DNA of 64,000 bases from an uncultured Clostridia bacterium (GCA_934130355.1 CAKOXV010000002.1:4204-68203); one strand, 5' to 3'; shown: positions 34,695 to 45,175, counted from the first letter of the stretch. The notes: generated by a model not told the origin, from the letters alone. Made by a program: numbers and translations.

Positions 34695-37600
34695 ATGAAA
34701 AAAGTAGTACATATAGGAATGGATGTTGGCTCAACAACTGTAAAAATTGCAGTTATGAATGAAAATCTAGAAATAATAGAAACATCTTATGAAAGACATT
34801 ATTCAGACACGAAGAACACAGTATGTAAAGTACTTGAAAAAATAGTAGAGAATTATAAAGATTATGAATTTACAATAGCATTAACAGGTTCAGGAGCAAT
34901 GAGTACAGCTAAGTTTTTAGATGTACCATTTATTCAAGAAGTTGTTGCATGTAAAAGAGCTGTAGAAAGATATATTCCACAAACAGATGTAGTAATAGAA
35001 TTAGGTGGAGAAGATGCAAAAATTATTTATTTCGGAAGAGCTATAGAACAACGTATGAATGGAACATGTGCAGGTGGAACAGGTGCATTTCTTGATCAAA
35101 TGGCATCATTATTAAACACAGATACTGCAGGATTAAATGAACTAGCTAAAAATTATCATACAATATATCCAATAGCTTCACGTTGTGGAGTATTTGCTAA
35201 AACTGATGTGCAACCATTATTAAATGAAGGTGCTGCAAAAGAGGATATTGCAGTATCTATTTTGCAAGCTGTTGTGAATCAAACAATATCAGGATTAGCT
35301 TGTGGTAGACCGATTAGAGGAAATGTTGCATTTCTAGGAGGACCATTAACTTATGTACCAGAACTAAGAACACGTTTTATAGAAACTTTAAATTTAAGTT
35401 TAGAACAAGCAATTGTACCAGAAGAACCACATTTATTAGTTGCAAAAGGGGCTTGTTTAGAAGCTAAAGATGAAACACCAATAAGTGTGGAAAAATTAAA
35501 AAGCAAAATAGAAGTTTTGAAACATTCTTATGATACAACAACACAACCATTAAAACCACTATTTTCAACAAATGTAGAATATGATGAATTTAAAACAAGA
35601 CATGATAAAGATAAAGTAGCTAAAAAACCATTATCAGAGCATAAAGGAGATTGTTTTATTGGGATAGATGCAGGTTCAACAACATCAAAATTAGTTGTTA
35701 CAGATAGAGATGGAACATTGCTATATTCAGCATATCAAGGAAACGGTGGAAAACCACTTGATAGTATTATAGAAATGTTAAAAAAATTGTATTCTGTTAT
35801 GCCTAAAGAAGCGGTAATTCGTTATAGTGGTGTTACAGGTTATGGAGAAAAATTAATACAAACAGCGCTAAATGTAGATTTAAATGAAATTGAAACAATA
35901 GCACATTACACAGCAGCTAAAAAGTTTGAACCAAAAGTAACAAGTATTGTTGATATTGGTGGACAAGACATGAAATACATCAAGTTAAAAAACAATACAA
36001 TTGATAATATAATGCTAAATGAAGCTTGTTCATCAGGGTGTGGTTCATTTATAGAAACTTATGCTAAAAGCTTAAACTTAAGCATTGAAGAATTCGTAAA
36101 AGAAGCATTAGAAGCAAAAAATCCAGTAGATTTAGGTTCTAGATGTACAGTATTTATGAATTCAAAAATAAAACAAGCGCAAAAAGAAGGATATACTGTT
36201 GGAGATATATCAGCAGGTTTATCATATTCTGTAATAAAAAATGCAATTCAAAAAGTAATGAAAATTAGAGATGTAAAAAAATTAGGAAGCTATATTGTTG
36301 TGCAAGGTGGAACTTTTTACAATGAAGCAGTATTAAGAACATTTGAACTAATTGTTGGAAGACATGTAATAAGACCAGATATAGCTGGACTTATGGGAGC
36401 TTATGGAATGGCATTACTTGCTTGTGAACAATATGAAGCAAATATGGATATGGAGTATCATTCAACAATTGCAACAGCAGAAGAAATGGACAAATTAGAT
36501 ATACAAGTAACACACACAAGATGTAATGGATGTGAAAATCATTGTCAATTAACAATAAATAGATTTAGCAATGGAAAAAGACACATATCAGGAAATAGAT
36601 GTGAAAAAGGAGAAGGTATAGTAAATTCACACAAAGATTTACCTAATCTTGTAAAATACAAATATGACAGAATTTTTGGATATACACCATTAGAAGAAAA
36701 AGATGCTCCTAGAGGAACAATAGGAATTCCAAGAGTTTTAAATATGTATGAAGATTATCCATTTTGGTTTACATTATTTACAAACTTAGGATTTAGGGTA
36801 ATAATCTCAGAAAAAAGCACGAGAAAAATATATGAAAAAGGCATTGAATCAATGCCATCTGAATCTGTATGTTATCCTGCAAAATTATCACATGGACATG
36901 TTATAAGTTTAATTCAAAAAGGAATAAAAACAATATTTTATCCATGTATACCATATTCACGAAAAGAATATGATGATGCAAATAACAGATATAATTGCCC
37001 AATAGTAATTTCTTATGCTGAAGTAATAAAAAATAATATTGAAGAATTAAAAAATAATGACATAAAATTTATGAATCCATTTTTACCATTTGAATCAAAA
37101 GCATTATTAAAAAGAATGATGGAGTTACCAGAATTTAAAGAATATAATTTTAACAAAAAAGAATTAAAAAATGCTATTGAAAAAGCACAAGAAGAATATC
37201 AAAAATGCAGACAAGACATACACAACAAGGGAAAAGAAACATTAGAATACATAGAAAAAAACAACTTGAAAGGAATTGTATTAGCAGGAAGACCATATCA
37301 TGTTGACCCAGAAATAAACCATGGAATTGATACATTAATAACAAGCTTAGGAATGTGTGTATTAACAGAAGATAGTATAGCAGATAAAACATTACCAGAA
37401 AGACCACTTCGTGTTGTTGACCAATGGATGTTCCATTCAAGATTATATGCAGCAGCAGATTTTGTAGGTAGACATGACAACTTGGAACTTGTTCAAATAA
37501 ATTCATTTGGATGTGGAGTAGATGCTGTTACAACAGATGAAGTTGAAGAAATCCTAACAAGTTTTGGAAAAATGTATACATTAATAAAAATTGATGAAGT

Positions 37601-39020
37601 AAATAATCTAGGTGCTGTAAGAATTCGTTTACGTTCATTACTTGCAAGTATAAATAAAAGACTAAATAATAAAAAAGAAGAAAAAGAAACAGGAGAATAT
37701 TTCTTAAAGAAAAATCCATTTACAGAGGAAATGAAAAAAGAATATGTGATTTTAATTCCACAAATGGCACCAATTCATTTCGATTTTATAGAACCTGTTT
37801 TACAAAGTGAAGGATATAAAGCAAAACTTTTAAGGGAATGTACACAACACACAATAGAAACAGGATTAAAATATGTAAATAATGATGCATGTTATCCATC
37901 AATTATTACAACAGGACAAATGGTAGAAGCATTAGAGTCTGGAGAATATGATGTAAATAAAACAGCATTAATAATGTCACAAACAGGTGGCGGATGTAGA
38001 GCAACAAATTATATTGGATTTATTCGTAAAGCTTTAAAAGATGCGGGATTTGGCCAAGTTCCAGTAATATCATTTAATGTTGTTGGAATGGAAAAAAATC
38101 CAGGATTTAAGCTAACATTACCATTACTTGAAAAACTATTAAAATCAATGGTTTATGCAGATTTATTGCAAAAAATGTTATACAAAAATAGAGCTTATGA
38201 AAAAAATAAGGGTGAAACAGACCAATTATTTGCAGAATGGATGGAAAAAGCAAAAAAACTTGCAATAAACAGCAGTTCAAAAGAATTTTCAAATGGAATA
38301 TATGAAATGGTAGAAGATTTTGAAAAAATTGAGTGGAAACAAGTCAAAGAAAAGCCAAAAGTAGGAATTGTTGGAGAGATTTTAATTAAGTATCATCCAT
38401 TTGGAAACAATTATGTAGCAAATCTATTAGAAAAAGAAGGCGCAGAAGTTGTTTTACCAGACTTTATGGGATTTGTTAAATATGTTGCAGCAAATGGAGT
38501 AATTTCACATCAATTATTAAAAAATAATGGCTTGAAATCAATATTATTTGATGTTGCTATAAAACTTATAAATTCATTCGAAAAAGATGCAAAAAAAGCA
38601 CTAGAAAAATCTAAAAAAGGCTATTTACCAACTTGTGATATTTGGCATTTGGCTGATAATGTAAAATCAGTTTTATCAACTGGAAATCAAACAGGTGAAG
38701 GATGGTTCTTAACTGCAGAAATGCTTGAATACATGGAAAATGGTATTCAAAATATAGTATGTGTTCAACCATTTGCATGTTTACCAAATCATGTTGTTGG
38801 AAAAGGTGTAATAAAAACTATTAGAGATATGTTTCCTTATGCAAATATTGTTCCTGTTGATTATGACCCAGGAGCAAGTGAAACAAATCAAGCTAATAGA
38901 ATAAAACTTCTTATGACAGTTGCTAAGGATAATTTAAAAATGAAACAAAAAGAAAAGAAAATAGCAGAAAATGAAAACATAAATGAAGAAAATATTAAAA
39001 TAAAGGGGTTAAAAAATTAA
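34695..39020 (+). CDS. Fused acyl-CoA dehydratase activase-related protein (two BadF/BadG/BcrA/BcrD ATPase domains plus a CoA-enzyme-activase C-terminal region)
   Basis: Two GxDxGSTT.K ATPase starts (GMDVGSTTVK and GIDAGSTTSK) and cysteine clusters. The 1441-aa architecture is common in Clostridia. Confidence 0.8.
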   Translation: MKKVVHIGMDVGSTTVKIAVMNENLEIIETSYERHYSDTKNTVCKVLEKIVENYKDYEFTIALTGSGAMSTAKFLDVPFIQEVVACKRAVERYIPQTDVVIELGGEDAKIIYFGRAIEQRMNGTCAGGTGAFLDQMASLLNTDTAGLNELAKNYHTIYPIASRCGVFAKTDVQPLLNEGAAKEDIAVSILQAVVNQTISGLACGRPIRGNVAFLGGPLTYVPELRTRFIETLNLSLEQAIVPEEPHLLVAKGACLEAKDETPISVEKLKSKIEVLKHSYDTTTQPLKPLFSTNVEYDEFKTRHDKDKVAKKPLSEHKGDCFIGIDAGSTTSKLVVTDRDGTLLYSAYQGNGGKPLDSIIEMLKKLYSVMPKEAVIRYSGVTGYGEKLIQTALNVDLNEIETIAHYTAAKKFEPKVTSIVDIGGQDMKYIKLKNNTIDNIMLNEACSSGCGSFIETYAKSLNLSIEEFVKEALEAKNPVDLGSRCTVFMNSKIKQAQKEGYTVGDISAGLSYSVIKNAIQKVMKIRDVKKLGSYIVVQGGTFYNEAVLRTFELIVGRHVIRPDIAGLMGAYGMALLACEQYEANMDMEYHSTIATAEEMDKLDIQVTHTRCNGCENHCQLTINRFSNGKRHISGNRCEKGEGIVNSHKDLPNLVKYKYDRIFGYTPLEEKDAPRGTIGIPRVLNMYEDYPFWFTLFTNLGFRVIISEKSTRKIYEKGIESMPSESVCYPAKLSHGHVISLIQKGIKTIFYPCIPYSRKEYDDANNRYNCPIVISYAEVIKNNIEELKNNDIKFMNPFLPFESKALLKRMMELPEFKEYNFNKKELKNAIEKAQEEYQKCRQDIHNKGKETLEYIEKNNLKGIVLAGRPYHVDPEINHGIDTLITSLGMCVLTEDSIADKTLPERPLRVVDQWMFHSRLYAAADFVGRHDNLELVQINSFGCGVDAVTTDEVEEILTSFGKMYTLIKIDEVNNLGAVRIRLRSLLASINKRLNNKKEEKETGEYFLKKNPFTEEMKKEYVILIPQMAPIHFDFIEPVLQSEGYKAKLLRECTQHTIETGLKYVNNDACYPSIITTGQMVEALESGEYDVNKTALIMSQTGGGCRATNYIGFIRKALKDAGFGQVPVISFNVVGMEKNPGFKLTLPLLEKLLKSMVYADLLQKMLYKNRAYEKNKGETDQLFAEWMEKAKKLAINSSSKEFSNGIYEMVEDFEKIEWKQVKEKPKVGIVGEILIKYHPFGNNYVANLLEKEGAEVVLPDFMGFVKYVAANGVISHQLLKNNGLKSILFDVAIKLINSFEKDAKKALEKSKKGYLPTCDIWHLADNVKSVLSTGNQTGEGWFLTAEMLEYMENGIQNIVCVQPFACLPNHVVGKGVIKTIRDMFPYANIVPVDYDPGASETNQANRIKLLMTVAKDNLKMKQKEKKIAENENINEENIKIKGLKN

Positions 39021-39772
39021 TGTTACCAATAGAAAATTATATAGCATTATTTTATATATATTCAATTGCTGGTTGGATAATGGAATCAGTAAATATATCT
39101 ATAAGAAATAAAAAATTTACCAATAGAGGATTTTTAATAGGACCATATTGCCCAATATATGGTTGGGGAGTTGTTTTAATAACAATATTATTGCAAAAAT
39201 ATCATGATGATATATTTGCAACATTTTCTCTATCAATTTTAATATGTGGAACTTTGGAATATGCAACAAGTTTTATAATGGAGAAAATTTTTAAAGCAAG
39301 ATGGTGGGATTATAGTAAAAGAAAATTTAATATAAATGGACGTATTTGTCTTGAAACATTAATTCCTTTTGGAATTGCGGGAACAACTATTACAATGTTT
39401 ATAAATCCATTTTTATTAAAATATATAAATATGGTTCCTAGAGTTGCTATGTATGTGATTTTAGGAATAATAAGTGTATTTTTTACTATAGATAGTATAA
39501 TTTCATTTAAAATAATATTGAACTTAAAGGAAATGTCTAAAGAATTTAAAGATAACACAGATGAAATTTCAGAAAAAGTTAAAAAGATTGTTAGAAAGAA
39601 AATGGTACTATATAAAAGACTTGTTGGTGCATTCCCTAAAATTAAAGAAAATGTACTATATGAAAAATGGGGAGACATAAAGAAAAAAATCGAAGAGTCA
39701 AGAGAGGAAATTCGTACTAAAATAGATAATTCAAGAGAAAATTTTGAAAAAATGTATAAGAAGAAAAATTAA
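39020..39772 (+). CDS. Putative ABC-transporter type IV family membrane protein (PF06541-like)
   Basis: FYIYSIAGWIMESV...GPYCPIYGWG...EYATSF.MEK.F.ARWWDYS motifs. Start overlaps the upstream stop. Confidence 0.6.
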   Translation: MLPIENYIALFYIYSIAGWIMESVNISIRNKKFTNRGFLIGPYCPIYGWGVVLITILLQKYHDDIFATFSLSILICGTLEYATSFIMEKIFKARWWDYSKRKFNINGRICLETLIPFGIAGTTITMFINPFLLKYINMVPRVAMYVILGIISVFFTIDSIISFKIILNLKEMSKEFKDNTDEISEKVKKIVRKKMVLYKRLVGAFPKIKENVLYEKWGDIKKKIEESREEIRTKIDNSRENFEKMYKKKN

Positions 39773-39777
39773 TGATG

Positions 39778-39812
39778 AAGCCGTATTTATGTAAAAATAG
39801 ATACGGCTTTAT
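39778..39812. terminator. Bidirectional terminator AAGCCGTAT...ATACGGCTT
   Basis: 9-bp arms, followed by TATT/T-rich sequence, between convergent genes. Confidence 0.65.
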
Positions 39813-39815
39813 TAA

Positions 39816-40691
39816 TTATGATTCATACAAGTATTTTTGAATTTTTTCTTTTAATTCAGAAGTACATTCAACTAAAGGCAATCTAGGAGTTCCAAAATTA
39901 AATCCTAACATATTAAGTGCAGCTTTGACTGGGATAGGATTTGTTTCTGCAAATAAGCAATTAATTAAAGGTAAAGCTTGTAATTGATAGTAACAAGAAT
40001 CATCAATGTGATTCTCAAAAAAATAGTCTGTAATTTTACGAGCAAGTATTGGTTTAATATTAGAAAGAACAGAAATTACACCTTTTCCGCCTAAAGCTAA
40101 TATAGGAACAATTTGATCATCATTTCCAGAATAAACAGGGAGCTCTTCACCACAAAGTTGAGAGATTTTTGCAATTTGCGAAATATTGCCACTAGCCTCT
40201 TTAATTCCAACTATATTACTGATTTTAGAAAGTTTAAAACAAGTTTCAGGTTCTATATTAATACCAGTTCTACTTGGAACATTATATAAAATAATAGGAA
40301 TTGAAACAGATGATGAGATAGATTTAAAATGTTCATATAATCCTAATTGAGTTGTTTTATTGTAATAAGGAGTAACAACTAAAAGCCCATCAGCTCCTAA
40401 TTTTTCTGCCATAATAGAATTTTCGATAGCTATATTTGTATTATTAGAGCCAGTACCAACAATTATTGGAACTTTTTTATTTGATGTTTCAATAGCACAT
40501 TTAATTAGTAATTCTTTTTCTTTTGGAGTCATAGTAGTAGCTTCTCCAGAAGTACCACATACCACAAGTGCGTCAATTCCAGAATCTATTTGAAAATCAA
40601 TAAATTTTCTGAACTCTTCCAAATTTATTCCATCAGAAGTAAAAGGGGTAGCAAGAGCTGTTGCAACACCAGTAAATAGAGTCTTTTTCAT
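39816..40691 (-). CDS. dapA: 4-hydroxy-tetrahydrodipicolinate synthase
   Basis: GV.TALATPF...G.DALVVCGTSGE..T....E... and ...YNVPSRTG are DapA motifs. Confidence 0.9.
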   Translation of the reverse strand: MKKTLFTGVATALATPFTSDGINLEEFRKFIDFQIDSGIDALVVCGTSGEATTMTPKEKELLIKCAIETSNKKVPIIVGTGSNNTNIAIENSIMAEKLGADGLLVVTPYYNKTTQLGLYEHFKSISSSVSIPIILYNVPSRTGINIEPETCFKLSKISNIVGIKEASGNISQIAKISQLCGEELPVYSGNDDQIVPILALGGKGVISVLSNIKPILARKITDYFFENHIDDSCYYQLQALPLINCLFAETNPIPVKAALNMLGFNFGTPRLPLVECTSELKEKIQKYLYES

Positions 40692-41690
40692 TTAATTTTC
40701 CTCCATTTCAATTAATTTTTCCATAATTTGAATTGCATTTGTCGCAGCACCTTTTCTAAGGTTATCTGCTACAACCCATAAATTTAGTCCATTTTTAACA
40801 CTAAAATCTTTTCGTATTCGACCTACAAAAACTTCATCATGACCTGTTGAATTTGAAGCTAAAGGATATGTTAAAGATTCTGGTTCATCCTGAACAATTA
40901 TTCCTTGCGATTTTTGCAAAATTTCTATTGCATTTTCAACAGAACAAGATTTTTCAAATTCTACATTAATACTTTCACTATGACAATTACTTACAGGAAC
41001 ACGCACAGCAGTTGCAGTAATAGGCAAATATGGATGCTCCAAAATTTTTCTGGTTTCATTTATCATTTTCATTTCTTCTTTTGTGTACCTATTAATTAAA
41101 AATGTGTCTATTTGTGGCAAACAATTATCATAAATAGGATGAGAAAACTTTAAAAGTGGTTTTCCAAGAGTCGAATTTGCTAAATCCTGTAGTCCTAAAT
41201 TTCCTGCACCAGAAACAGCTTGATATGTAGAATATACAATTCTTTTAATTTTAAAGTAATCATCTAAAGGTTTTAAAGCAACAACAGCTTGAATTGTAGA
41301 ACAATTAGGATTTGCAATGATGTTGTGATGTTGCAATAGAGTATGAGAATTGACTTCTGGAACAACTAAAGGGACATTATCATCCATTCTAAAAGCACTA
41401 CTATTATCAATAACGATACATCCTTTTTCTGCTGCTATAGGTGCAAATTTTTTCGAAACTTCAGCACCTGCTGAAAATATCGCAAAGTCAAAGTTTTCAT
41501 CAAATGAGTTTTGAGTTAATTCTCTTACAACATATTCATTGTTTAAAAAGTTTAGTTTTGTACCTGCTGATTTTGCTGAACTAAATAAATAATAATCAAA
41601 ATTAGGTAAATTCTTTTCTTCTAAAACTTTGAGAGCTGTTCTTCCAACAAGTCCAGTAGCTCCTACTATTGCTAATTTATATTTTTTCAT
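40692..41690 (-). CDS. asd: Aspartate-semialdehyde dehydrogenase
   Basis: MKKYKLAIVGATGLVG, and NPNCSTIQ containing the active-site Cys. ATG 41690 follows GGAGGAAAAAT. The track start 41792 would extend the ORF into the palindromic repeat. Confidence 0.9.
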   Translation of the reverse strand: MKKYKLAIVGATGLVGRTALKVLEEKNLPNFDYYLFSSAKSAGTKLNFLNNEYVVRELTQNSFDENFDFAIFSAGAEVSKKFAPIAAEKGCIVIDNSSAFRMDDNVPLVVPEVNSHTLLQHHNIIANPNCSTIQAVVALKPLDDYFKIKRIVYSTYQAVSGAGNLGLQDLANSTLGKPLLKFSHPIYDNCLPQIDTFLINRYTKEEMKMINETRKILEHPYLPITATAVRVPVSNCHSESINVEFEKSCSVENAIEILQKSQGIIVQDEPESLTYPLASNSTGHDEVFVGRIRKDFSVKNGLNLWVVADNLRKGAATNAIQIMEKLIEMEEN

Positions 41691-41742
41691 ATTTTTCCTC
41701 CTTAAATATATATATGCACAATTAAAGCTCCTAATTAATAAT

Positions 41743-42109
41743 TTATCCATATAGCTTGACACAATGAACTTCCTGGTATGCTTGGGTTCCATACATATAT
41801 ATTAAATAATGAAAAATTTTGTGCATCTAAACTTGAGTATAGAAAATCTTAAAGTGCCAAAAGAGGAATGTTCACGTCAAAAATTAATATATTACTATTC
41901 CATGGCAAAAACATAGCTGGGGTCTTCGTCGGGGGTCTTTGCCTTATTCCATAGTAATATATTAATTTTTGGACTAAGTGAAAGAGGCGCTTTTGGCACT
42001 ATTAGATTTTATACGAATGTTTAGCTTGTCCAAAATTTGAAATGTTTTTAATATATATGTGTGGAACCCAAGCATACCAGGAAGTTCATTGTGCTAAGTT
42101 ATATGTTAA
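41743..42109. repeat. Nested-palindrome element, copy 3 (about 367 bp), in the divergent asd / ymdB intergenic region
   Basis: Perfect 32-bp copy-specific stem CACAATGAACTTCCTGGTATGCTTGGGTTCCA / TGGAACCCAAGCATACCAGGAAGTTCATTGTG around the conserved inner sequence. Confidence 0.9.
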
Positions 42110-42195
42110 AGCATATTTTAATGGTGTAAAACTTGACTAACTAAGAGCAAAATGTTAAAATATAGTGCAGAAACAATAAAGAAAGAAGGAAAAAG

Positions 42196-42978
42196 ATGAA
42201 AATATTAGCAGTTGGGGATGTTGTTGGAGAATCAGGTGTTAGAAGATTAAAGGAATTATTACCTAAAATAAAAAAAGATGAAAATATAGATTTTGTTATT
42301 ACAAATGGAGAAAATTCAGCAGGTGGAATGGGAATTACAGAAAAGAATTTTAATGATATATTAGAAGCTGGAACAGATGTAGTAACAATGGGAAATCATA
42401 CTTGGGGAAAAAAAGACATATTTAGATTTATAGACCATGAAAAATTACTTAGACCAGCTAATTATCCAAAGGGGGTACCTGGAAAAGGACTAGGAATTTA
42501 TGGATGTAATGGTAAAAAAATTGCAGTAATGAATTTTATTGGAAGAGTAGATATAAATATACTTTCAGAAAATCCATTTATAATAGCTAAAGAAATGGTC
42601 GAAGAGGTAAAAGACAAAGTTGATATAATAATGATAGACTTTCATGCTGAAGCTACTGCTGAAAAAATAGCTGTAGCAAGATATTTAGACGGAAAAGTTA
42701 CAGCGTTATTTGGAACACATACACATGTCCAAACAGCAGATGAGCAAATTTTACCACAAGGAACAGGATATATTACAGATATAGGAATGACAGGACCTAA
42801 AAATTCTGTAATAGGAATGGATGTTAATGCATCAATAAAAAGATTTGAAACTACTTTACCAGAAAAATACAAATTAGCAGAAGGCGACTGCATGTTAAAT
42901 GGAGTTATATTTGATATTGATGATGAAACTAATAAGGTAATTGATATAAAAAGAATAAACTGTCGAAAGATGCGATGA
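42196..42978 (+). CDS. ymdB: TIGR00282/YmdB-family metallophosphoesterase (2',3'-cyclic-nucleotide phosphodiesterase)
   Basis: MKILAVGDVVG..G...L...LP.......DFVI.NGENSAGG.GIT and GNH.W, DFHAEATAEK, GTHTHVQTADE. Confidence 0.85.
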   Translation: MKILAVGDVVGESGVRRLKELLPKIKKDENIDFVITNGENSAGGMGITEKNFNDILEAGTDVVTMGNHTWGKKDIFRFIDHEKLLRPANYPKGVPGKGLGIYGCNGKKIAVMNFIGRVDINILSENPFIIAKEMVEEVKDKVDIIMIDFHAEATAEKIAVARYLDGKVTALFGTHTHVQTADEQILPQGTGYITDIGMTGPKNSVIGMDVNASIKRFETTLPEKYKLAEGDCMLNGVIFDIDDETNKVIDIKRINCRKMR

Positions 42979-43083
42979 AAAAATAGAAAAAATTTCCAAA
43001 ATGTACTAGACAAAGATTTCCAAAAGTTGTAAAATACAAAATGTAAAAGTTGCAACAAATAAATTATAGGAGGCTAAAGAGAA

Positions 43084-43347
43084 ATGGAAATTTTGAAAAT
43101 CTCATCAAAATCTAATCCAAATTCAGTAGCAGGAGCTATAGCTGGATTAGTAAAAGAATCACAAAAAGCAGAAATGCAAGCAATTGGAGCAGGTGCTCTA
43201 AATCAAGCAGTAAAGGCAGTAGCAATAGCAAGAGGATTTGTAGCACCAGCAGGAGTAGACTTAGTATGTATACCAGCCTTTGCAGAAGTTGAAGTAGAGG
43301 GAGAAGACAGAACAGGAATTAAGTTGATTGTAGAATCAAGAAAATAG
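43084..43347 (+). CDS. spoVS: Stage V sporulation protein S
   Basis: MEILKISSKSNPNSVAGAIAG...QAIGAGALNQAVKAVAIARGF is near-canonical SpoVS. Confidence 0.9.
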   Translation: MEILKISSKSNPNSVAGAIAGLVKESQKAEMQAIGAGALNQAVKAVAIARGFVAPAGVDLVCIPAFAEVEVEGEDRTGIKLIVESRK

Positions 43348-43504
43348 ATTACAGTTAATTGAATACGTTAAATGGGGGCATTTTTTTAGATGCCCTTTTC
43401 TGTGTTCAAAAGGCCCAAAAATAAATATATAAAAATACTTGAAAAAAAAGCAACAATAATATATTATAACTAAGAAGTAAGAGTTTGAGGATGGAGGGCT
43501 AAAA

Positions 43505-45085
43505 ATGAAAAGCAGTATTACAAAATATATATTTATAGTATTTGTAATTGCAATAATAATAGCTGTAATATATAAAGTGAATGATGACAAAAAAAATCAG
43601 AATGTAGAAGAAGAGCCAAAAACAACAACCAAAGAAGAAATTGTCAAAGATATTACTTTAGGTGTGGCAGAATTTGATACAATAAACCCAATATTAAGTA
43701 AAAACAAACACATTCAAGAAATATCAAAAATAATTTACGAACCATTGCTAGAGTTAGATGAAGAATACAAATTACAAAATTGTTTAGCGAAAGATTGGGC
43801 AAAAACAAGTGCTACTACATATTTAATAAAAATCAGAGATGATATAAAATGGTCTGATGGAATACAATTTCTTGCAGAAGATGTTATATTTACAATTGAA
43901 ACATTAAAAAATGTAGACTCTATATATTCACAAAATGTACAATATATAACTGATGTACAAAAAATAGATGAAGACACTATACAAATTACAATAGACCATG
44001 AAATTCCATTTTTTGAATACAATTTGATTTTTCCAATAATGAGTAGAACATACTATGAAGGGGAAGATTTTGTAAATACAGAGAAAAACTTTAAACCTGT
44101 GGGAACTGGAAAATACAAAGTATTACATAATATTAATACAGCAGTAATTTTAAGTAAAAATGAATATTATACAAGACAAGAATTGACACCTGAAGAAATA
44201 ACAATATCAAAATATGCAAGTTTAGGAGAATTATATAATGCCTTTAAACTGGGAAAATTAGATGCTATGACTACAACAAATATTGATATTGAAAATTATA
44301 TAGGAACAATAGGATATAATAATCAAGAAAATCAAGGAAGAGAATTTGATTTTTTAGCATTTAATACTCAAAATTCTGTATTATCAGCACCAGAAGTAAG
44401 AAAAGCAATTTCGTATGCAATAAACAAGGAAAATATTGTTAAATCATTATTTAATAATAAATATAAAGTAACAGATTATCCATTAGATTATGGAAGTTGG
44501 CTAAAGGGAAACTCGGCAGGAATTTCTTATAATCCAGATTTGGCAACTCAAACTTTAGAAGAAAATGGATGGATATTAAAAAATAATAGATGGCAAAAAA
44601 CAGAAAATTATTATACTAGAACAATCAACTTCAGAATTGTAGTACAAGCTTCAAATCAAGCTAGAGTTTCTGTTGCAGAAATGATAAAAGCAGATCTTGA
44701 AGCAATTGGAATAAATGTTACAATTGCAAAAGCAAGTGATAATCAATATCAATATTATTTACAAAATAAAAATTATGATTGTATTATAATGGGAATAACA
44801 AGTTCTCTAAGTCCAAATCTTGAAACATATTTTGGGGCTGACAATTATGCTAGATTTTATAATGAAGAACTAAATACACTGATTGATGATGTGAAAAATA
44901 TTTCTAAAGATAATTTGCTTCAGGAAAAGTATACTAGAATTCGTGAAATATATAATGAACAAACTCCTTATATAGGGCTATATAGTAGTTATTATTCTGT
45001 TGTTAGTAGTTGGTCATTAAGGGGGAAAATAACACCAAATTGGTATAATATTTTTATGGATATTAACAATTGGTATAAAAATTAA
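43505..45085 (+). CDS. ABC transporter substrate-binding protein, family 5 (peptide/nickel type), membrane anchored
   Basis: N-terminal TM anchor. Size and motifs (YEPLL, WSDG..F.AEDV.FT) of the SBP_bac_5 family. Confidence 0.7.
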   Translation: MKSSITKYIFIVFVIAIIIAVIYKVNDDKKNQNVEEEPKTTTKEEIVKDITLGVAEFDTINPILSKNKHIQEISKIIYEPLLELDEEYKLQNCLAKDWAKTSATTYLIKIRDDIKWSDGIQFLAEDVIFTIETLKNVDSIYSQNVQYITDVQKIDEDTIQITIDHEIPFFEYNLIFPIMSRTYYEGEDFVNTEKNFKPVGTGKYKVLHNINTAVILSKNEYYTRQELTPEEITISKYASLGELYNAFKLGKLDAMTTTNIDIENYIGTIGYNNQENQGREFDFLAFNTQNSVLSAPEVRKAISYAINKENIVKSLFNNKYKVTDYPLDYGSWLKGNSAGISYNPDLATQTLEENGWILKNNRWQKTENYYTRTINFRIVVQASNQARVSVAEMIKADLEAIGINVTIAKASDNQYQYYLQNKNYDCIIMGITSSLSPNLETYFGADNYARFYNEELNTLIDDVKNISKDNLLQEKYTRIREIYNEQTPYIGLYSSYYSVVSSWSLRGKITPNWYNIFMDINNWYKN

Positions 45086-45102
45086 ATAATTTTAAAAATT
45101 AC

Positions 45103-45131
45103 TTGACAAATGAAAAAAAGTGGTATATATT
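45103..45131 (+). promoter_or_regulatory. recA promoter TTGACA-17-TATATT
   Basis: TTGACA at 45103-45108 and TATATT at 45126-45131. Confidence 0.6.
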
Positions 45132-45139
45132 GTAGATAC

Positions 45140-45152
45140 CGAACAAGAGTTC
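45140..45152 (+). promoter_or_regulatory. LexA (DinR/Cheo) box CGAACAAGAGTTC overlapping the recA transcription start region
   Basis: Matches the Firmicute SOS box CGAAC-N4-GTTC. Located 8 nt downstream of the -10. Confidence 0.7.
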
Positions 45153-45175
45153 TTATAAAATTAGGAGGAAATAAC

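Noticed and set aside
41691-41792. N-terminal 34-aa extension of asd in the ORF track (start at 41792).
   Set aside because: The extension runs into the left arm of the palindromic repeat. A canonical MKKYKLAIVGATG start with a GGAGG RBS exists at 41690.
45110-45175. 22-aa N-terminal extension of recA (track start 45110).
   Set aside because: The extension would contain the -10 element and the LexA box. ATG 45176 has an AGGAGG RBS and gives the canonical RecA N-terminus.
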